Positions 7,515 to 17,163 of a DNA stretch of 61,504 nt are shown in pieces. The position numbers were made by a program, and so were the translations under genes. Under the pieces are notes generated by a model. It saw nothing but the letters and a program-made list of their open reading frames with translations. It made no database searches and had not been told where the DNA came from. Position 1 is the stretch's first letter; each line of letters opens with the position of its first letter. Source of the DNA: a virus (lineage: Duplodnaviria; Caudoviricetes); IMG/VR virus record IMGVR_UViG_3300022074_000039, positions 1 to 61,504 of that record, one strand, 5' to 3'.

Positions 7515-7750
7515 TGGAAGGACTTATTAGAAAGATCGTGGTTGGTCTCGATCCTAAAAACGGCATGGCATATTATGTGGGCATGCGAGCAGGAAGCGGA
7601 GAGATATCTGCAATAGTGGAAGACGAAAGGCACCTGCATAAATTTGGTAAGCAGAGATATCTGATCTACATTGAGAACGAAGATGGAACTATGCTTTGGA
7701 AAAGCATAGATGAAATGTCTTGTATCCTTGAATTTGATCTAAACTTCTAA
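7514..7750 (+). CDS. Hypothetical protein
   Basis: ORF; IRKI.VG.D.K..M.Y.VG motif; TAATG coupling. Confidence 0.8.
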   Translation: MEGLIRKIVVGLDPKNGMAYYVGMRAGSGEISAIVEDERHLHKFGKQRYLIYIENEDGTMLWKSIDEMSCILEFDLNF

Positions 7751-8061
7751 TGAATAGAAACAATCTTCTAACTGAAGGCAACGAGTTTCGACTCCCCAAC
7801 GGAAACCTTTACACTGGTCAGTACCATGTCCATATATCAAAAGGAGCTATGGTAGGGGCAAGGCATGTAAACGCGCCCCATGATCTGCTGACTCCAGTTA
7901 ATGAAACCGTAGCAGAAAAAGTATCTTCGATTCAAGAAGAGCTAACAGCTCAGCGTCAGCGTCAGTTAAATCTAGCAATAAATTCAAACAATCAAGCTTC
8001 TGCTCAATCGTCTTCCACCCCTCCTCCTTCTGGAGGAAGCAGTGGCGGTGGGGGCTACTAA
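7750..8061 (+). CDS. Hypothetical His-motif protein
   Basis: Y.G.YH.H...G.M.G..H....H motif; Ser/Gly tail. Confidence 0.75.
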   Translation: MNRNNLLTEGNEFRLPNGNLYTGQYHVHISKGAMVGARHVNAPHDLLTPVNETVAEKVSSIQEELTAQRQRQLNLAINSNNQASAQSSSTPPPSGGSSGGGGY

Positions 8062-8071
8062 ATTTTAATTA

Positions 8072-8656
8072 ATGAAAACATTCAATTTGTTTATTGTCGA
8101 GTTAGAGAAGACAGTAAACGACACCATCACAACGTCTGGTGGTTTAGAGTTATACATAGACAATAGATTCAATGAGTTTGAAAACAGAGTTACAGAAGGC
8201 CCTGTCGTGGCTGTCCCGTTCAAGTACGAAACTTGCGTCGAGCCTGGCGACACGCTTTACTTCCATCACCTCGTGGTTGTCAACGAAGGTCAGCCACTTA
8301 CTGGTAATGATAATCACTACCTTGTCAGGTACGATGAAGACCACGCTATCAATAATCAAGCTATTGCTTTTAAAAGTAGCAGTACTGGGGCTATCTATCC
8401 TCTTGCGGGTTGGAGCCTTCTTGAACCCGTCGAAGAAGAGAAAGTTCAAAAATCGGAACTTATCGAAGTTGTCAAACTTAAGCAGAAACCAACAACAAGA
8501 GGTAGAGTCGCATTTACGTCTCCTGGGGTTGAAGCGCTAGGCTTGGAGGTTGGTGACGTAGTTGGCTTCAAAGAAAACAGAGACTATCGGATTAGGATAG
8601 ACGGCAAGGAATACTACAGAACCCGCACTGAAGACCTTATGTATGTTGAAAGATAA
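8072..8656 (+). CDS. groES: Co-chaperonin GroES-like protein with two tandem domains
   Basis: G.VVAV...VEPGDTLYF and PL...L.EP...GRV...LEVGDVV.F...IDGKEY...EDL. Confidence 0.75.
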   Translation: MKTFNLFIVELEKTVNDTITTSGGLELYIDNRFNEFENRVTEGPVVAVPFKYETCVEPGDTLYFHHLVVVNEGQPLTGNDNHYLVRYDEDHAINNQAIAFKSSSTGAIYPLAGWSLLEPVEEEKVQKSELIEVVKLKQKPTTRGRVAFTSPGVEALGLEVGDVVGFKENRDYRIRIDGKEYYRTRTEDLMYVER

Positions 8657-8666
8657 TTTATTTAAT

Positions 8667-8978
8667 ATGACCATGATGGCATCTAAAGAACGAGCAGCAG
8701 AACAACTAATGTCTACCCTAGAGCAACACGAATGTTTGATTGCTGATGGTTTTGACGAGGCTATAATAGGCATGAGTCACGGAGCTGTCCCCAAGGCCGT
8801 GTACGATATAGACCAGATTATCGACATCCTTTGTAGGGACGATGAGATGACTCGTGAAGACGCTATTGAGCACTTCGAGTTCAATATCGGGGGATCATAC
8901 GTTGGTGAAAAAACACCGCTCTTCGTTTATTGTAACGAGGGTGGATCTTACTGGATAGGTGATGAGCCGTTCGAATAA
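8667..8978 (+). CDS. Conserved phage hypothetical protein
   Basis: ADGFDEAIIG...VYD...FEFNI.GSYVG..TP; start uncertain. Confidence 0.75.
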   Translation: MTMMASKERAAEQLMSTLEQHECLIADGFDEAIIGMSHGAVPKAVYDIDQIIDILCRDDEMTREDAIEHFEFNIGGSYVGEKTPLFVYCNEGGSYWIGDEPFE

Positions 8979-9255
8979 GTTCACTACGGTCAGCGCTGCT
9001 CGACGCCTTATGTCAAGCATGGAAGTAGCCATCAACAATATGATTGAAGAAATCAAAAAGCCTGTCGATCCAGAGGCTGGTGGGTCTGCTAGGAAGGCTG
9101 AGCTCCAATCGATTAAGCAAACAGCAATAGACTGCAAAGAACTTCTGGTAGAGCGCCAGAGATTAGAACAAATGGTTAAAGAGTTACAAGCAAATGGAGA
9201 AATCGAACAAGACAAAGACTACTCAGGAGGATTCGCAGAAAAATTCTCAAAGTAA
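8959..9255 (+). CDS. Putative terminase small subunit
   Basis: Helical/coiled-coil ~98 aa upstream of terL; positional inference. Confidence 0.5.
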   Translation: MMSRSNKFTTVSAARRLMSSMEVAINNMIEEIKKPVDPEAGGSARKAELQSIKQTAIDCKELLVERQRLEQMVKELQANGEIEQDKDYSGGFAEKFSK

Positions 9256-9336
9256 TCCTACTGGGTTGATATACTGGTGCGACTATGACTTTAAAAGTGA
9301 AAACACCGTATCTAGTAATTTGCGCGTAAACTTCAA

Positions 9337-9408
9337 GCTCTCTTAGCTCAGCGGTAGAGCAGCGAACTCATAATTCGTAGGCCATTGGTTCGAATCCAAT
9401 AGGGAGCA
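9337..9408 (+). tRNA. tRNA with CAT anticodon (Ile2 or elongator Met)
   Basis: Acceptor GCTCTCT/AGGGAGC, D-arm, loop CT-CAT-AA, T-loop TTCGAAT; lacks initiator features; CCA not encoded. Confidence 0.92.
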
Positions 9409-9412
9409 CACG

Positions 9413-9757
9413 GTGCCATACAAAGACAAAAAAGATCAGGCTAATGCGGCAGCTAAACACTACCGAGAAAACAAGGGGAAAATAATCTCTAGAAGCTCTG
9501 CTAGAAACAAAAGGCAAAGAAAGAAAAACAAAGCATTTGTAGACCGAGTAAAAAGAATGTTTAACTGTGTGGACTGCGGGGAGTCAGATCCAGTAGTTCT
9601 TGATTTTGATCACGTAAAAGGGGAAAAGAAAAAAGCGATAGCTGATATGGTTTCTAACTACTACAGCATAAAAACAATAAAGGAAGAAATGAGGAAGTGT
9701 GAAATAAGATGTGCAAATTGTCATCGGAAAAAAACACATGAAAGAATGCACTCGTAG
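9413..9757 (+). CDS. HNH endonuclease
   Basis: CVDC...LDFDH...C..RCANCH; GTG start; stop lies inside tRNA-Arg. Confidence 0.85.
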   Translation: MPYKDKKDQANAAAKHYRENKGKIISRSSARNKRQRKKNKAFVDRVKRMFNCVDCGESDPVVLDFDHVKGEKKKAIADMVSNYYSIKTIKEEMRKCEIRCANCHRKKTHERMHS

Positions 9758-9821
9758 CTCAGTTGGATAGAGCATCTGCCTTCTAAGCAGACGGTCACAG
9801 GTTCGAATCCTGTCGGGTGTA
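9748..9821 (+). tRNA. tRNA-Arg(TCT)
   Basis: Acceptor GCACTCG/CGGGTGT, loop CT-TCT-AA, T-loop TTCGAAT. Confidence 0.95.
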
Positions 9822-9834
9822 CAAATTAAATTCA

Positions 9835-11952
9835 ATGTCTGTACTTGTAGATATAGATGGCTATGAAACTAAAGGGATTAAGATCGACCCTAACGGCACA
9901 GAGGGAGGTCACTTCGAATCGAGTGGGCTACTTATTGTGCTACCAAAAAAACCGAAGCGATCTGAAATACTCTTCCATGAAGAGCCAAAGAAGTTGCAGC
10001 TGTGGAGACGCTTGCCTATGCCCGAAGAACTGCAAAGGATTCGAAGTATGGATGAGTGGTTCGAGAAACCTTCCGAGTTTCGGTCAAAGTTTCGTGTATA
10101 CATCGAGAAAGAGTTTCAACGCAGGAGGGACGGCGTTTGGTTTTACAACCATGGGGAGCCTACGTATATTACAGGGAGACACTATATGTTTTTACAGTGG
10201 TCTAAAATTGATATCGGATACCCATCATACCTTTCTTTCCAAAGAGAGATCTTTCTTCACATGGCCGCTTGCGAAGTTGATCCCCGTTGTTTCGGTCAGC
10301 TATATACTAAGTGTCGTCGTTCTGGCTACACTAATATATGCTCTGCTGTACTTGTTGACGAAGCTAGTCAAGTTAAAGACAAGCTTTTGGGCATTCAGTC
10401 AAAGACTGGTAAAGACGCTCAGGAAAACATCTTCATGAAAAAAGTGGTCTCTATTTTTAGAGGCTACCCCTTCTTCTTCAAACCTATCCAGGACGGTACC
10501 ACAAACCCCCGCATGGAGCTGGCTTTCCGTGAGCCGTCTAAACGAATCACGAAAAACAACAAGACGTCTTACCGAGGTGATGCATTGAACACAGTCATCA
10601 ACTGGAAGAACACTACAAACAACGCATACGACGGTGAGAAACTACATATCCTGTACCTCGACGAAGCGGGCAAATGGGAGAAGCCTACGGATATCCGTGA
10701 AGCGTGGAGGATAGAAAGAACCTGCTTGATTGTCGGTAAGAAGATTGTAGGGAAAGCCATAGTAGGGAGCACCGTAAACCCTATGGACAAGGGCGGTAAA
10801 GAGTACAAAGGTCTTTGGCATGACTCTGATCCAAACGAAAGAAATGCTAACGGTAGAACTAGGTCGGGCCTTTACAGGATATTTATTCCTGCTTACGAAG
10901 CCTTAGAAGGATTCTTTGATGAATATGGTAATCCTGTCATTGAGGACCCTGCCGAAAGCGTACACATACATGGTATAGATGGTGAGCTGATAGAGAGCGG
11001 AAGTAAGTCTTACTTAAAAAACGAAAGGAAATCTTTTAAGGATGACCCTTCAGAGCTGAACGAAATAACTAGACAGTTTCCCTTTACTGAGGACGAGGCC
11101 TTTAGAGACAGTATTGAAAGCAGTCTATTTAACATTGGGAAGATATATCAGCAGATAGAGCATAACGATGAGCTGTACCCCAACCCCGTAGTAACAGGAA
11201 ACTTCCTGTGGAAGGAAAAGGACAAAGAGGTTGTTTTTTCTCCAACGCCTAACGGTAGATTTAAGGTGTGTTGGATGCCAGACCCCCCAGACAGGAATAT
11301 TATAAGGTTAGAAAGGGGTAAGCCAGTTCCTCCGTTTCCAGAATATGGTTGCGGAGGTGTTGACTCTTACGATCTTGACGCCACAGTTGACAACCGAGGA
11401 TCAAAAGGTGCGCTTCACATGTACAATAAATTCAACATGAATCGCCCTGCTAATATGTTCGTCGTTGAGTACGCTTCTCGTCCAGATCTAGCTAGCATCT
11501 TTTACGAAGACGTCTTGATGTGTGCTTTCTTTTATGGCTATCCTCTCCTCATAGAGAACAACAAGTATGGCATCGCAAGGCATTTTGAGGCCAGGGGTTA
11601 TGACGGTTATCTTTTAGGTAGACCATCCCACCTTATGAGCAGGACAGCTCCTAATAACTCTGTAAAGACGAAAGGAATACCTTCTAACTCTCAAGACGTA
11701 ATTCAGTCTCACGCTCAATCTATTGAATCATTTATTCATAGTCATGTTGGAATCAATCACGAAACAGGAGAAGTAGGCACTATGTATTTTAATAGAACCT
11801 TAGAAGATTGGATAGGATTTAAGATAGATAAAAGAACAAAGTTTGACCTTACCATAAGTTCTGGTTTAGCATTGTTAGCTGCACAAAAAGCAAAACCTAA
11901 AAAAGAAAGCAACTTTAAGGAAAGGGTATTTTTCAGAAAATATAACGTCTAG
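9835..11952 (+). CDS. terL: Terminase large subunit
   Basis: Walker A-like KCRRSGYT, Walker B LYLDEAGK, GSTVN, nuclease GGVDSYD; start moved to the ATG after the tRNA. Confidence 0.92.
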   Translation: MSVLVDIDGYETKGIKIDPNGTEGGHFESSGLLIVLPKKPKRSEILFHEEPKKLQLWRRLPMPEELQRIRSMDEWFEKPSEFRSKFRVYIEKEFQRRRDGVWFYNHGEPTYITGRHYMFLQWSKIDIGYPSYLSFQREIFLHMAACEVDPRCFGQLYTKCRRSGYTNICSAVLVDEASQVKDKLLGIQSKTGKDAQENIFMKKVVSIFRGYPFFFKPIQDGTTNPRMELAFREPSKRITKNNKTSYRGDALNTVINWKNTTNNAYDGEKLHILYLDEAGKWEKPTDIREAWRIERTCLIVGKKIVGKAIVGSTVNPMDKGGKEYKGLWHDSDPNERNANGRTRSGLYRIFIPAYEALEGFFDEYGNPVIEDPAESVHIHGIDGELIESGSKSYLKNERKSFKDDPSELNEITRQFPFTEDEAFRDSIESSLFNIGKIYQQIEHNDELYPNPVVTGNFLWKEKDKEVVFSPTPNGRFKVCWMPDPPDRNIIRLERGKPVPPFPEYGCGGVDSYDLDATVDNRGSKGALHMYNKFNMNRPANMFVVEYASRPDLASIFYEDVLMCAFFYGYPLLIENNKYGIARHFEARGYDGYLLGRPSHLMSRTAPNNSVKTKGIPSNSQDVIQSHAQSIESFIHSHVGINHETGEVGTMYFNRTLEDWIGFKIDKRTKFDLTISSGLALLAAQKAKPKKESNFKERVFFRKYNV

Positions 11953-11963
11953 CAGCGATTTCT

Positions 11964-11971
11964 TATATTTG
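11964..11971 (+). promoter_or_regulatory. -7 element TATATTTG
   Basis: Between terL and portal. Confidence 0.6.
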
Positions 11972-12000
11972 CGAGATATCGAGTATAGTGCCAGAAAAAT

Positions 12001-14442
12001 ATGAATTATACAAACAAAAAAGGTAAGAGTTCTTTTCCCGATCCTCTGGCGAGCACGGAAGCTAAAAGCACAAAGGAGTACGGAATCGAGTATGCAAAAG
12101 CTGTTGAGTCTCAATGGGGTAAGATGGGCGCAACTAGCTCTTTGTTTGGCAGAAGAAACTTAGTATTTGATAGAAGTAGGGACTACGCAAACGGCACCCA
12201 AAGCACAGATATTTACAAAAAGCTGCTTAGATCTTTGAACCCTAACGATGGGGATGGCAGCTTGATGAATTTGGATTACACCCCAGTCCCTGTTCTTCCT
12301 AAGTTTGTTCGAGTTGTAGTAAATAAAATTCTCTCTAGGTCTCCGTATCCCAATTTAGAGGCTGTCGATCCGTTATCTTCTTCAGAGAAGAACAGAAAAA
12401 AAAGAAAGATAGAGCTTCAGATTCAGCAAAAAGAACAGCTGATGAAGCTCAAGCAAAGCACTGGTGTTGTCTTTGATATAGATCCAGATCAGCTTCCAGA
12501 TAGCGAGGAGGAGTCAGAGATCTTTATGGGCACAAACACCAAGACTGACGCGGAAATCGCCGCTCAGATTGGAACGAATCTAACTCTGTCTTGGAATAAC
12601 TTCGTTGACGGCACGTTTAGGAGATGCGTAAATGATCTTGTTGCTTTGGGCATGGCTGTCGTAAAAAGATCCAATGACCCTAACCAGGGCATTAAGACTG
12701 AGTACGTAGATCCTACTAGGTTTATACATAGTTATACAGAGGACCCCAACTTTGAAGATCTCATTTACGCTGGTCATGTAAAGACCATATCTATTCAGGA
12801 GCTGAAGAGGCTTGCTGGTCATGAGCTTGATGAAGACGATTTTAAAAAGATCGCTGAGTCCGCTAAGAACAGCTACGGTAATGACTCTGCTAGCTTGCAC
12901 AAAAGCTCTTACAACAAATCGCGTATGCGTCAGGAGTATGGGTATGATGAGTATATGGTTGACGTACTTGATTTTGAGTTCATCTCCGTTGATTGCATAC
13001 ACTTTGAAGAAAAAGAAAATCGTTTTGGTAACGTAAACTTCTTTATGAAGGGCTTTGATTATGAGCCGAAGCAGGGAAGCGTGTACCAGAGAACCCCACA
13101 CAAGATGGAGGTTGCAACGCTCTACGGCGGGAGTTACATCATGGGCGCTGGAAAGATATTCAACTATGGTATGTCAAATAACATCCCAAAGAATATTCAT
13201 GACCTGACTCGTTGCACTCTTTCTTATTCGGCTACTGCAACAAACATAAGTAACATGATGCCTAAGTCAATGGTGGATAGCTGCACTGGTTTTGCAGATA
13301 TGCTTCAGTTGACGCATCTTAAAATACAGCAGGCCATAGCTAAGGCAAAGCCTGACGGTTTGATTATTGACATCGAAGGTTTGGAAAACGTACAGCTCGG
13401 AAAGGGCGGTGAACTTCAGCCTTTGGATCTTCACGATATCTATGAGCAGACGGGTGTCTTCTACTACAGGAGCAAAAACCCAGAGGGTGGATTCCAGAAT
13501 CCTCCAGTAAGAGAAATCGGAAACAGCATTAGAAATATTAATGAGCTTATTGGGCTGTACAATCATTACTTGAGAATGATTCGTGACGCGACTGGCATCA
13601 ACGAAATGATGGATGCGTCTACTCCGAAAGGTGATACCCTGGTTGGTGTTCAGCAACAGGCGATCGCAGCTGGAAACAATGCCACTTATGATATCACAAA
13701 TTCTTCTATGATTCTTTTCAAAAAGGTCTGCTCAGATATCGTGAAGTGTTTGCAGATCTTACCCAAGGACTCTGTTATCTATTCGGCCTACGCCAATGCT
13801 GTAGGTAAAGAAAACATGGATGTTCTTGCTTCCTTCGACAGTTTACCTATGTACAACTTTGGCGTTCAGGTGGTGAAGGAGATGGAGGACAAGGATAGAG
13901 CATATCTTGAGCAAAACATACAGATGTCTATTCAGCAACAAGAACTAGACATAGAGGATGCAATTGCCATTAGGCAGTTGAAAGATGTGAATCAGGCAGA
14001 GAGGCTGCTTGTTGTTAGAAGAAAGAAGAGGATTGCTCAGAGACAACAAGTCGCAATGCAAAACTCTCAGCAGCAGGCTCAGATACAACAGGCTTCTGCA
14101 CAGGCTACTTCTCAGGCAAAGATGCAGGAGATGCAAGCGCAGGCTCAGATAGATGCTCAAAAGATGCAGCTAGAGGCGCAGCTTGAGTCTCAACTTGAAC
14201 AAATAAAACATCAGTTCAGAAAAGAGATTGAGATCATAAAGGCTCAGGCAATCTTAGGCGTTAGATCTGATGACCAGGAGTTCAAGGAAAAGCTAGAGGT
14301 TCTGAAAGAAGACAGAAAAGACGACAGGGTGAAGAAGCAAGCAGTAGAGCAAAGCAAGCTAATATCCCAAAGGAAAGGGTCTAGAGGTGAGATACAGGAT
14401 TCTCCCGTTGGCTTAGGTATAACAAATCAGTTGATGCAATAA
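12001..14442 (+). CDS. Portal protein
   Basis: 813 aa after terL; PVPVLPKFV and TGINE..D motifs; Gln-rich C-terminal coiled coil as in podoviral portals. Confidence 0.85.
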   Translation: MNYTNKKGKSSFPDPLASTEAKSTKEYGIEYAKAVESQWGKMGATSSLFGRRNLVFDRSRDYANGTQSTDIYKKLLRSLNPNDGDGSLMNLDYTPVPVLPKFVRVVVNKILSRSPYPNLEAVDPLSSSEKNRKKRKIELQIQQKEQLMKLKQSTGVVFDIDPDQLPDSEEESEIFMGTNTKTDAEIAAQIGTNLTLSWNNFVDGTFRRCVNDLVALGMAVVKRSNDPNQGIKTEYVDPTRFIHSYTEDPNFEDLIYAGHVKTISIQELKRLAGHELDEDDFKKIAESAKNSYGNDSASLHKSSYNKSRMRQEYGYDEYMVDVLDFEFISVDCIHFEEKENRFGNVNFFMKGFDYEPKQGSVYQRTPHKMEVATLYGGSYIMGAGKIFNYGMSNNIPKNIHDLTRCTLSYSATATNISNMMPKSMVDSCTGFADMLQLTHLKIQQAIAKAKPDGLIIDIEGLENVQLGKGGELQPLDLHDIYEQTGVFYYRSKNPEGGFQNPPVREIGNSIRNINELIGLYNHYLRMIRDATGINEMMDASTPKGDTLVGVQQQAIAAGNNATYDITNSSMILFKKVCSDIVKCLQILPKDSVIYSAYANAVGKENMDVLASFDSLPMYNFGVQVVKEMEDKDRAYLEQNIQMSIQQQELDIEDAIAIRQLKDVNQAERLLVVRRKKRIAQRQQVAMQNSQQQAQIQQASAQATSQAKMQEMQAQAQIDAQKMQLEAQLESQLEQIKHQFRKEIEIIKAQAILGVRSDDQEFKEKLEVLKEDRKDDRVKKQAVEQSKLISQRKGSRGEIQDSPVGLGITNQLMQ

Positions 14443-14894
14443 TGGCAAGTAAGGTAAACTTAGACGTAGCAGAAAAACTAGACATCACCTGTAGAAGGGG
14501 TGATACTTTTTCTTTGACCTTGACTTTGAAAGATTCGAGCGGAACTGCTTTGCAGCTTAGTACTTTGGGATATGAGTTCTTGATGGATGTAAAGACGAAT
14601 AGCACTAAGGTGGTTGGTGGCATAAAGCAGCGCGATACGATAGCCTCTAGTAATAAGTCTGCATCTAAATCCGACGCTAAGTCTTTAACGCAGGCTCAAC
14701 AGGATCAGCTCTCTAATGCTTTTGTTTTTAGCGATGGGACTGACTCTGGAGTTGTTACTGTCACCGCTTCGGCTAGCGTTATGAGTCAGTTTCCTGTTGG
14801 AGTTTTTACATATGACATTCAACAAAATGTTGGAGGTGTTGTAACTACAATACTGCGTGGTTCATTTAGAGTAAAAGAAGATATATCGAACTGA
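14442..14894 (+). CDS. Virion structural protein (fibre-anchor-like)
   Basis: RGDTF...YDIQ...TILRG.F.V pattern; position before fibre genes. Confidence 0.6.
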   Translation: MASKVNLDVAEKLDITCRRGDTFSLTLTLKDSSGTALQLSTLGYEFLMDVKTNSTKVVGGIKQRDTIASSNKSASKSDAKSLTQAQQDQLSNAFVFSDGTDSGVVTVTASASVMSQFPVGVFTYDIQQNVGGVVTTILRGSFRVKEDISN

Positions 14895-14895
14895 T

Positions 14896-15351
14896 ATGCC
14901 TGAGTCAATAACAGTAACTATACCTGACGCTATTTCCCTTAACGTCACGTCCCCCAGCCCAGCTGGGGTTTCTGTGCTGTCTCCAGGCGCTAGCTCGCTA
15001 ACAGTTACCGAGAAAGGCATTAAAGGCGATACTGGAGCCACTGGAGCTACTGGCCCAACAGGTCCTCAAGGAATTCAGGGGATTCAAGGTCCAGCAGGAG
15101 CTGACGGATCTGACGGAGGCACAGATATTTCTCTTGATTCAAGTCCACAGCTAGGGGAAAACCTCGACGTACAGGCTAGGTCTCTTTTTACTAGTACTAC
15201 CGATGGCGACATACAGCTTACTCCAAATGGAACTGGAAGCATAAACCTAGACGGAACTGTTAAGTTTAAAAGATTCTCATCTGCTCCCGCTGCATTTGAA
15301 GGCGGCATGTACGCAGACAATGCTGACAATTTATACTTCGGGGTTTCTTGA
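14896..15351 (+). CDS. Collagen-repeat fibre protein
   Basis: (G-X-Y)n: [34 protein letters not shown]. Confidence 0.8.
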   Translation: MPESITVTIPDAISLNVTSPSPAGVSVLSPGASSLTVTEKGIKGDTGATGATGPTGPQGIQGIQGPAGADGSDGGTDISLDSSPQLGENLDVQARSLFTSTTDGDIQLTPNGTGSINLDGTVKFKRFSSAPAAFEGGMYADNADNLYFGVS

Positions 15352-15381
15352 TAAATTATTACTTTTACAAAAAAAATATAG

Positions 15382-16848
15382 ATGGCTACTTGGAAGAAAA
15401 TATTAACGGAAGCAGATGCTCAAAGAGATCTTATAGCAGGCGCTGGTCTTTCTGGAGGAACAAATAATAATGTTCTTATTGGTTCTGATGCTGATGTTAC
15501 TATCGCAGTTGATATTAATGGAGCCACGGATTTAGGCAGCAGTGTTGCATCTGCGGATGAGCTTTTGGTCTCTGACGCTAACGACAGCAACAACATTAAA
15601 AAAACTACGGTAGGCGATATTGTAAACCTTGCTAGTAGCGGGGTTAGCGGAAATACGTTTGCTAGTGATTTAAAGATTGGTAGAGATGCAGACAACCTGA
15701 TTGACTTTGCCACCACTGATAATGAAATTACGTTTAGGGTTTCGGCTGCTGATGTCTTAGAGCTTACAAATGCCAGCAGTGACGTTGTTCTAACGGTGTT
15801 GACGGCAGATAAGAATTTCACAGTTAAAGGAACTGACGGTTCTTCTGCAATCACGGCCCTTGATATTGACATGGCGGCGGCTGGTAAAGCCACCTTTAAC
15901 GGAGAGATCGTTGCCCCATCTCTAGATATTGAGAATGACGTCGATATTAACGGAACTTTAGAGGCTGATGCCATCACCATCAACGGTACGGCTATTGCCT
16001 CTGTATTGAGCCCAGTTGCTGGTAACACTAGCCTTGTAACTACTGGCGCTCTTGATACTGGTTCTATTACTTCTGGGTTTGGAAACATTGACATTGGAAG
16101 CAGCAACTTAACAGCCACTGGTACTATATCTTTAGGGGCTACCTCTTTCAATGACAACAACATCACTAATGTCGGTGATATTAACGCTGACTCTATCTCT
16201 GTTGATGCGGCGTCAGTGGGTTTGAATATTGATTTTTCTGGAGCCAATACAGCAAAGAGTTTTATTACGATTGGTGATAACCTTGCGGAGGCACTGGTTA
16301 TTCAAGAGGGGAGTAATGATTACCTTCAGATTGTTACTACAAACAGCAGCGAGGCTGTAAAGATTGGTCATGGCGTTTCTGGTACCGCAATTACGATCGG
16401 CCACACTACGTCAGAGGTTACCATTGGAGATAACCTGACCGTGACGGGTGACTTAACAGTTAGTGGAACAACTACTACGATAAACACCACAAACCTTGAA
16501 GTTGAGGATCACATTATCCTGTTGGCAACGAATGCAAGTCCAACTCCAGATACTGGTGATGATGCAGGTATTTCCGTAGAGACAAGCAGCACTGCTGGTG
16601 ATAGGGCTAGAATTACTTGGGCAAAAGACCAGGGTGCATCAAATGATGGAACGTATGATGGTAGCGGCACAGCCACTGGCCTCACTGGGTGGTCATGCAC
16701 AAACCACCAAGAAAGCAATCAGGCCTCTTTCCCGATTGCCATCATGGAGTTTAGTACTAACTCAACTGCACCTACCAACAACTCTGCTGGTGTTGGCAGT
16801 TTTCACTATGATACTGGAGATGATAAATTGTACATTAGAACAGCTTAA
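15382..16848 (+). CDS. Tail fibre protein 1
   Basis: Gly/Ser/Thr-rich beta repeats, GDLTVSGTTTTINTTNL.VED motif. Confidence 0.75.
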   Translation: MATWKKILTEADAQRDLIAGAGLSGGTNNNVLIGSDADVTIAVDINGATDLGSSVASADELLVSDANDSNNIKKTTVGDIVNLASSGVSGNTFASDLKIGRDADNLIDFATTDNEITFRVSAADVLELTNASSDVVLTVLTADKNFTVKGTDGSSAITALDIDMAAAGKATFNGEIVAPSLDIENDVDINGTLEADAITINGTAIASVLSPVAGNTSLVTTGALDTGSITSGFGNIDIGSSNLTATGTISLGATSFNDNNITNVGDINADSISVDAASVGLNIDFSGANTAKSFITIGDNLAEALVIQEGSNDYLQIVTTNSSEAVKIGHGVSGTAITIGHTTSEVTIGDNLTVTGDLTVSGTTTTINTTNLEVEDHIILLATNASPTPDTGDDAGISVETSSTAGDRARITWAKDQGASNDGTYDGSGTATGLTGWSCTNHQESNQASFPIAIMEFSTNSTAPTNNSAGVGSFHYDTGDDKLYIRTA

Positions 16849-17027
16849 TGAGCGCCATATTGAAAAAGCAGGGCATTGACGTAAAAGACTTCAATGCTCA
16901 AGAATTAAATTACCTGCTCTCTCTTATTTCTAAATCTAATTTTGAGGGTAGGGATGTCTTCGTAGTTGCAGACATTGTAAATAAAATTAACTCAAAAATT
17001 AAATCTAATGAAGCTCGAAATCAATGA
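16848..17027 (+). CDS. Small protein, putative fibre chaperone (59 aa)
   Basis: Read by hand (MSAILKKQG...); paralogous to the next ORF. Confidence 0.65.
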   Translation: MSAILKKQGIDVKDFNAQELNYLLSLISKSNFEGRDVFVVADIVNKINSKIKSNEARNQ

Positions 17028-17163
17028 GGTTCAGATCTTAAATCAAGCAATATCAAATTCTACGATTAAAGGTTCTGACGCAAAAACAGTTTCTGTAATT
17101 ATCACCAAGCTGGAGAAAGAGTTCGAAAGGCTGTACAAGCTCCAGGAAAAAAAAGTAAGCTAA
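17008..17163 (+). CDS. Small protein, putative fibre chaperone (51 aa)
   Basis: Read by hand (MKLEINEVQIL...); abuts fibre 2. Confidence 0.65.
   Translation: MKLEINEVQILNQAISNSTIKGSDAKTVSVIITKLEKEFERLYKLQEKKVS

Noticed and set aside
9337-9821. tRNA as a prophage attachment site
   Set aside because: No integrase, no duplicated tRNA 3' end, and no host genes flank the phage.
9817-9834. terL start at 9817 from the ORF track
   Set aside because: It lies within tRNA-Arg; the ATG at 9835 has a better context.
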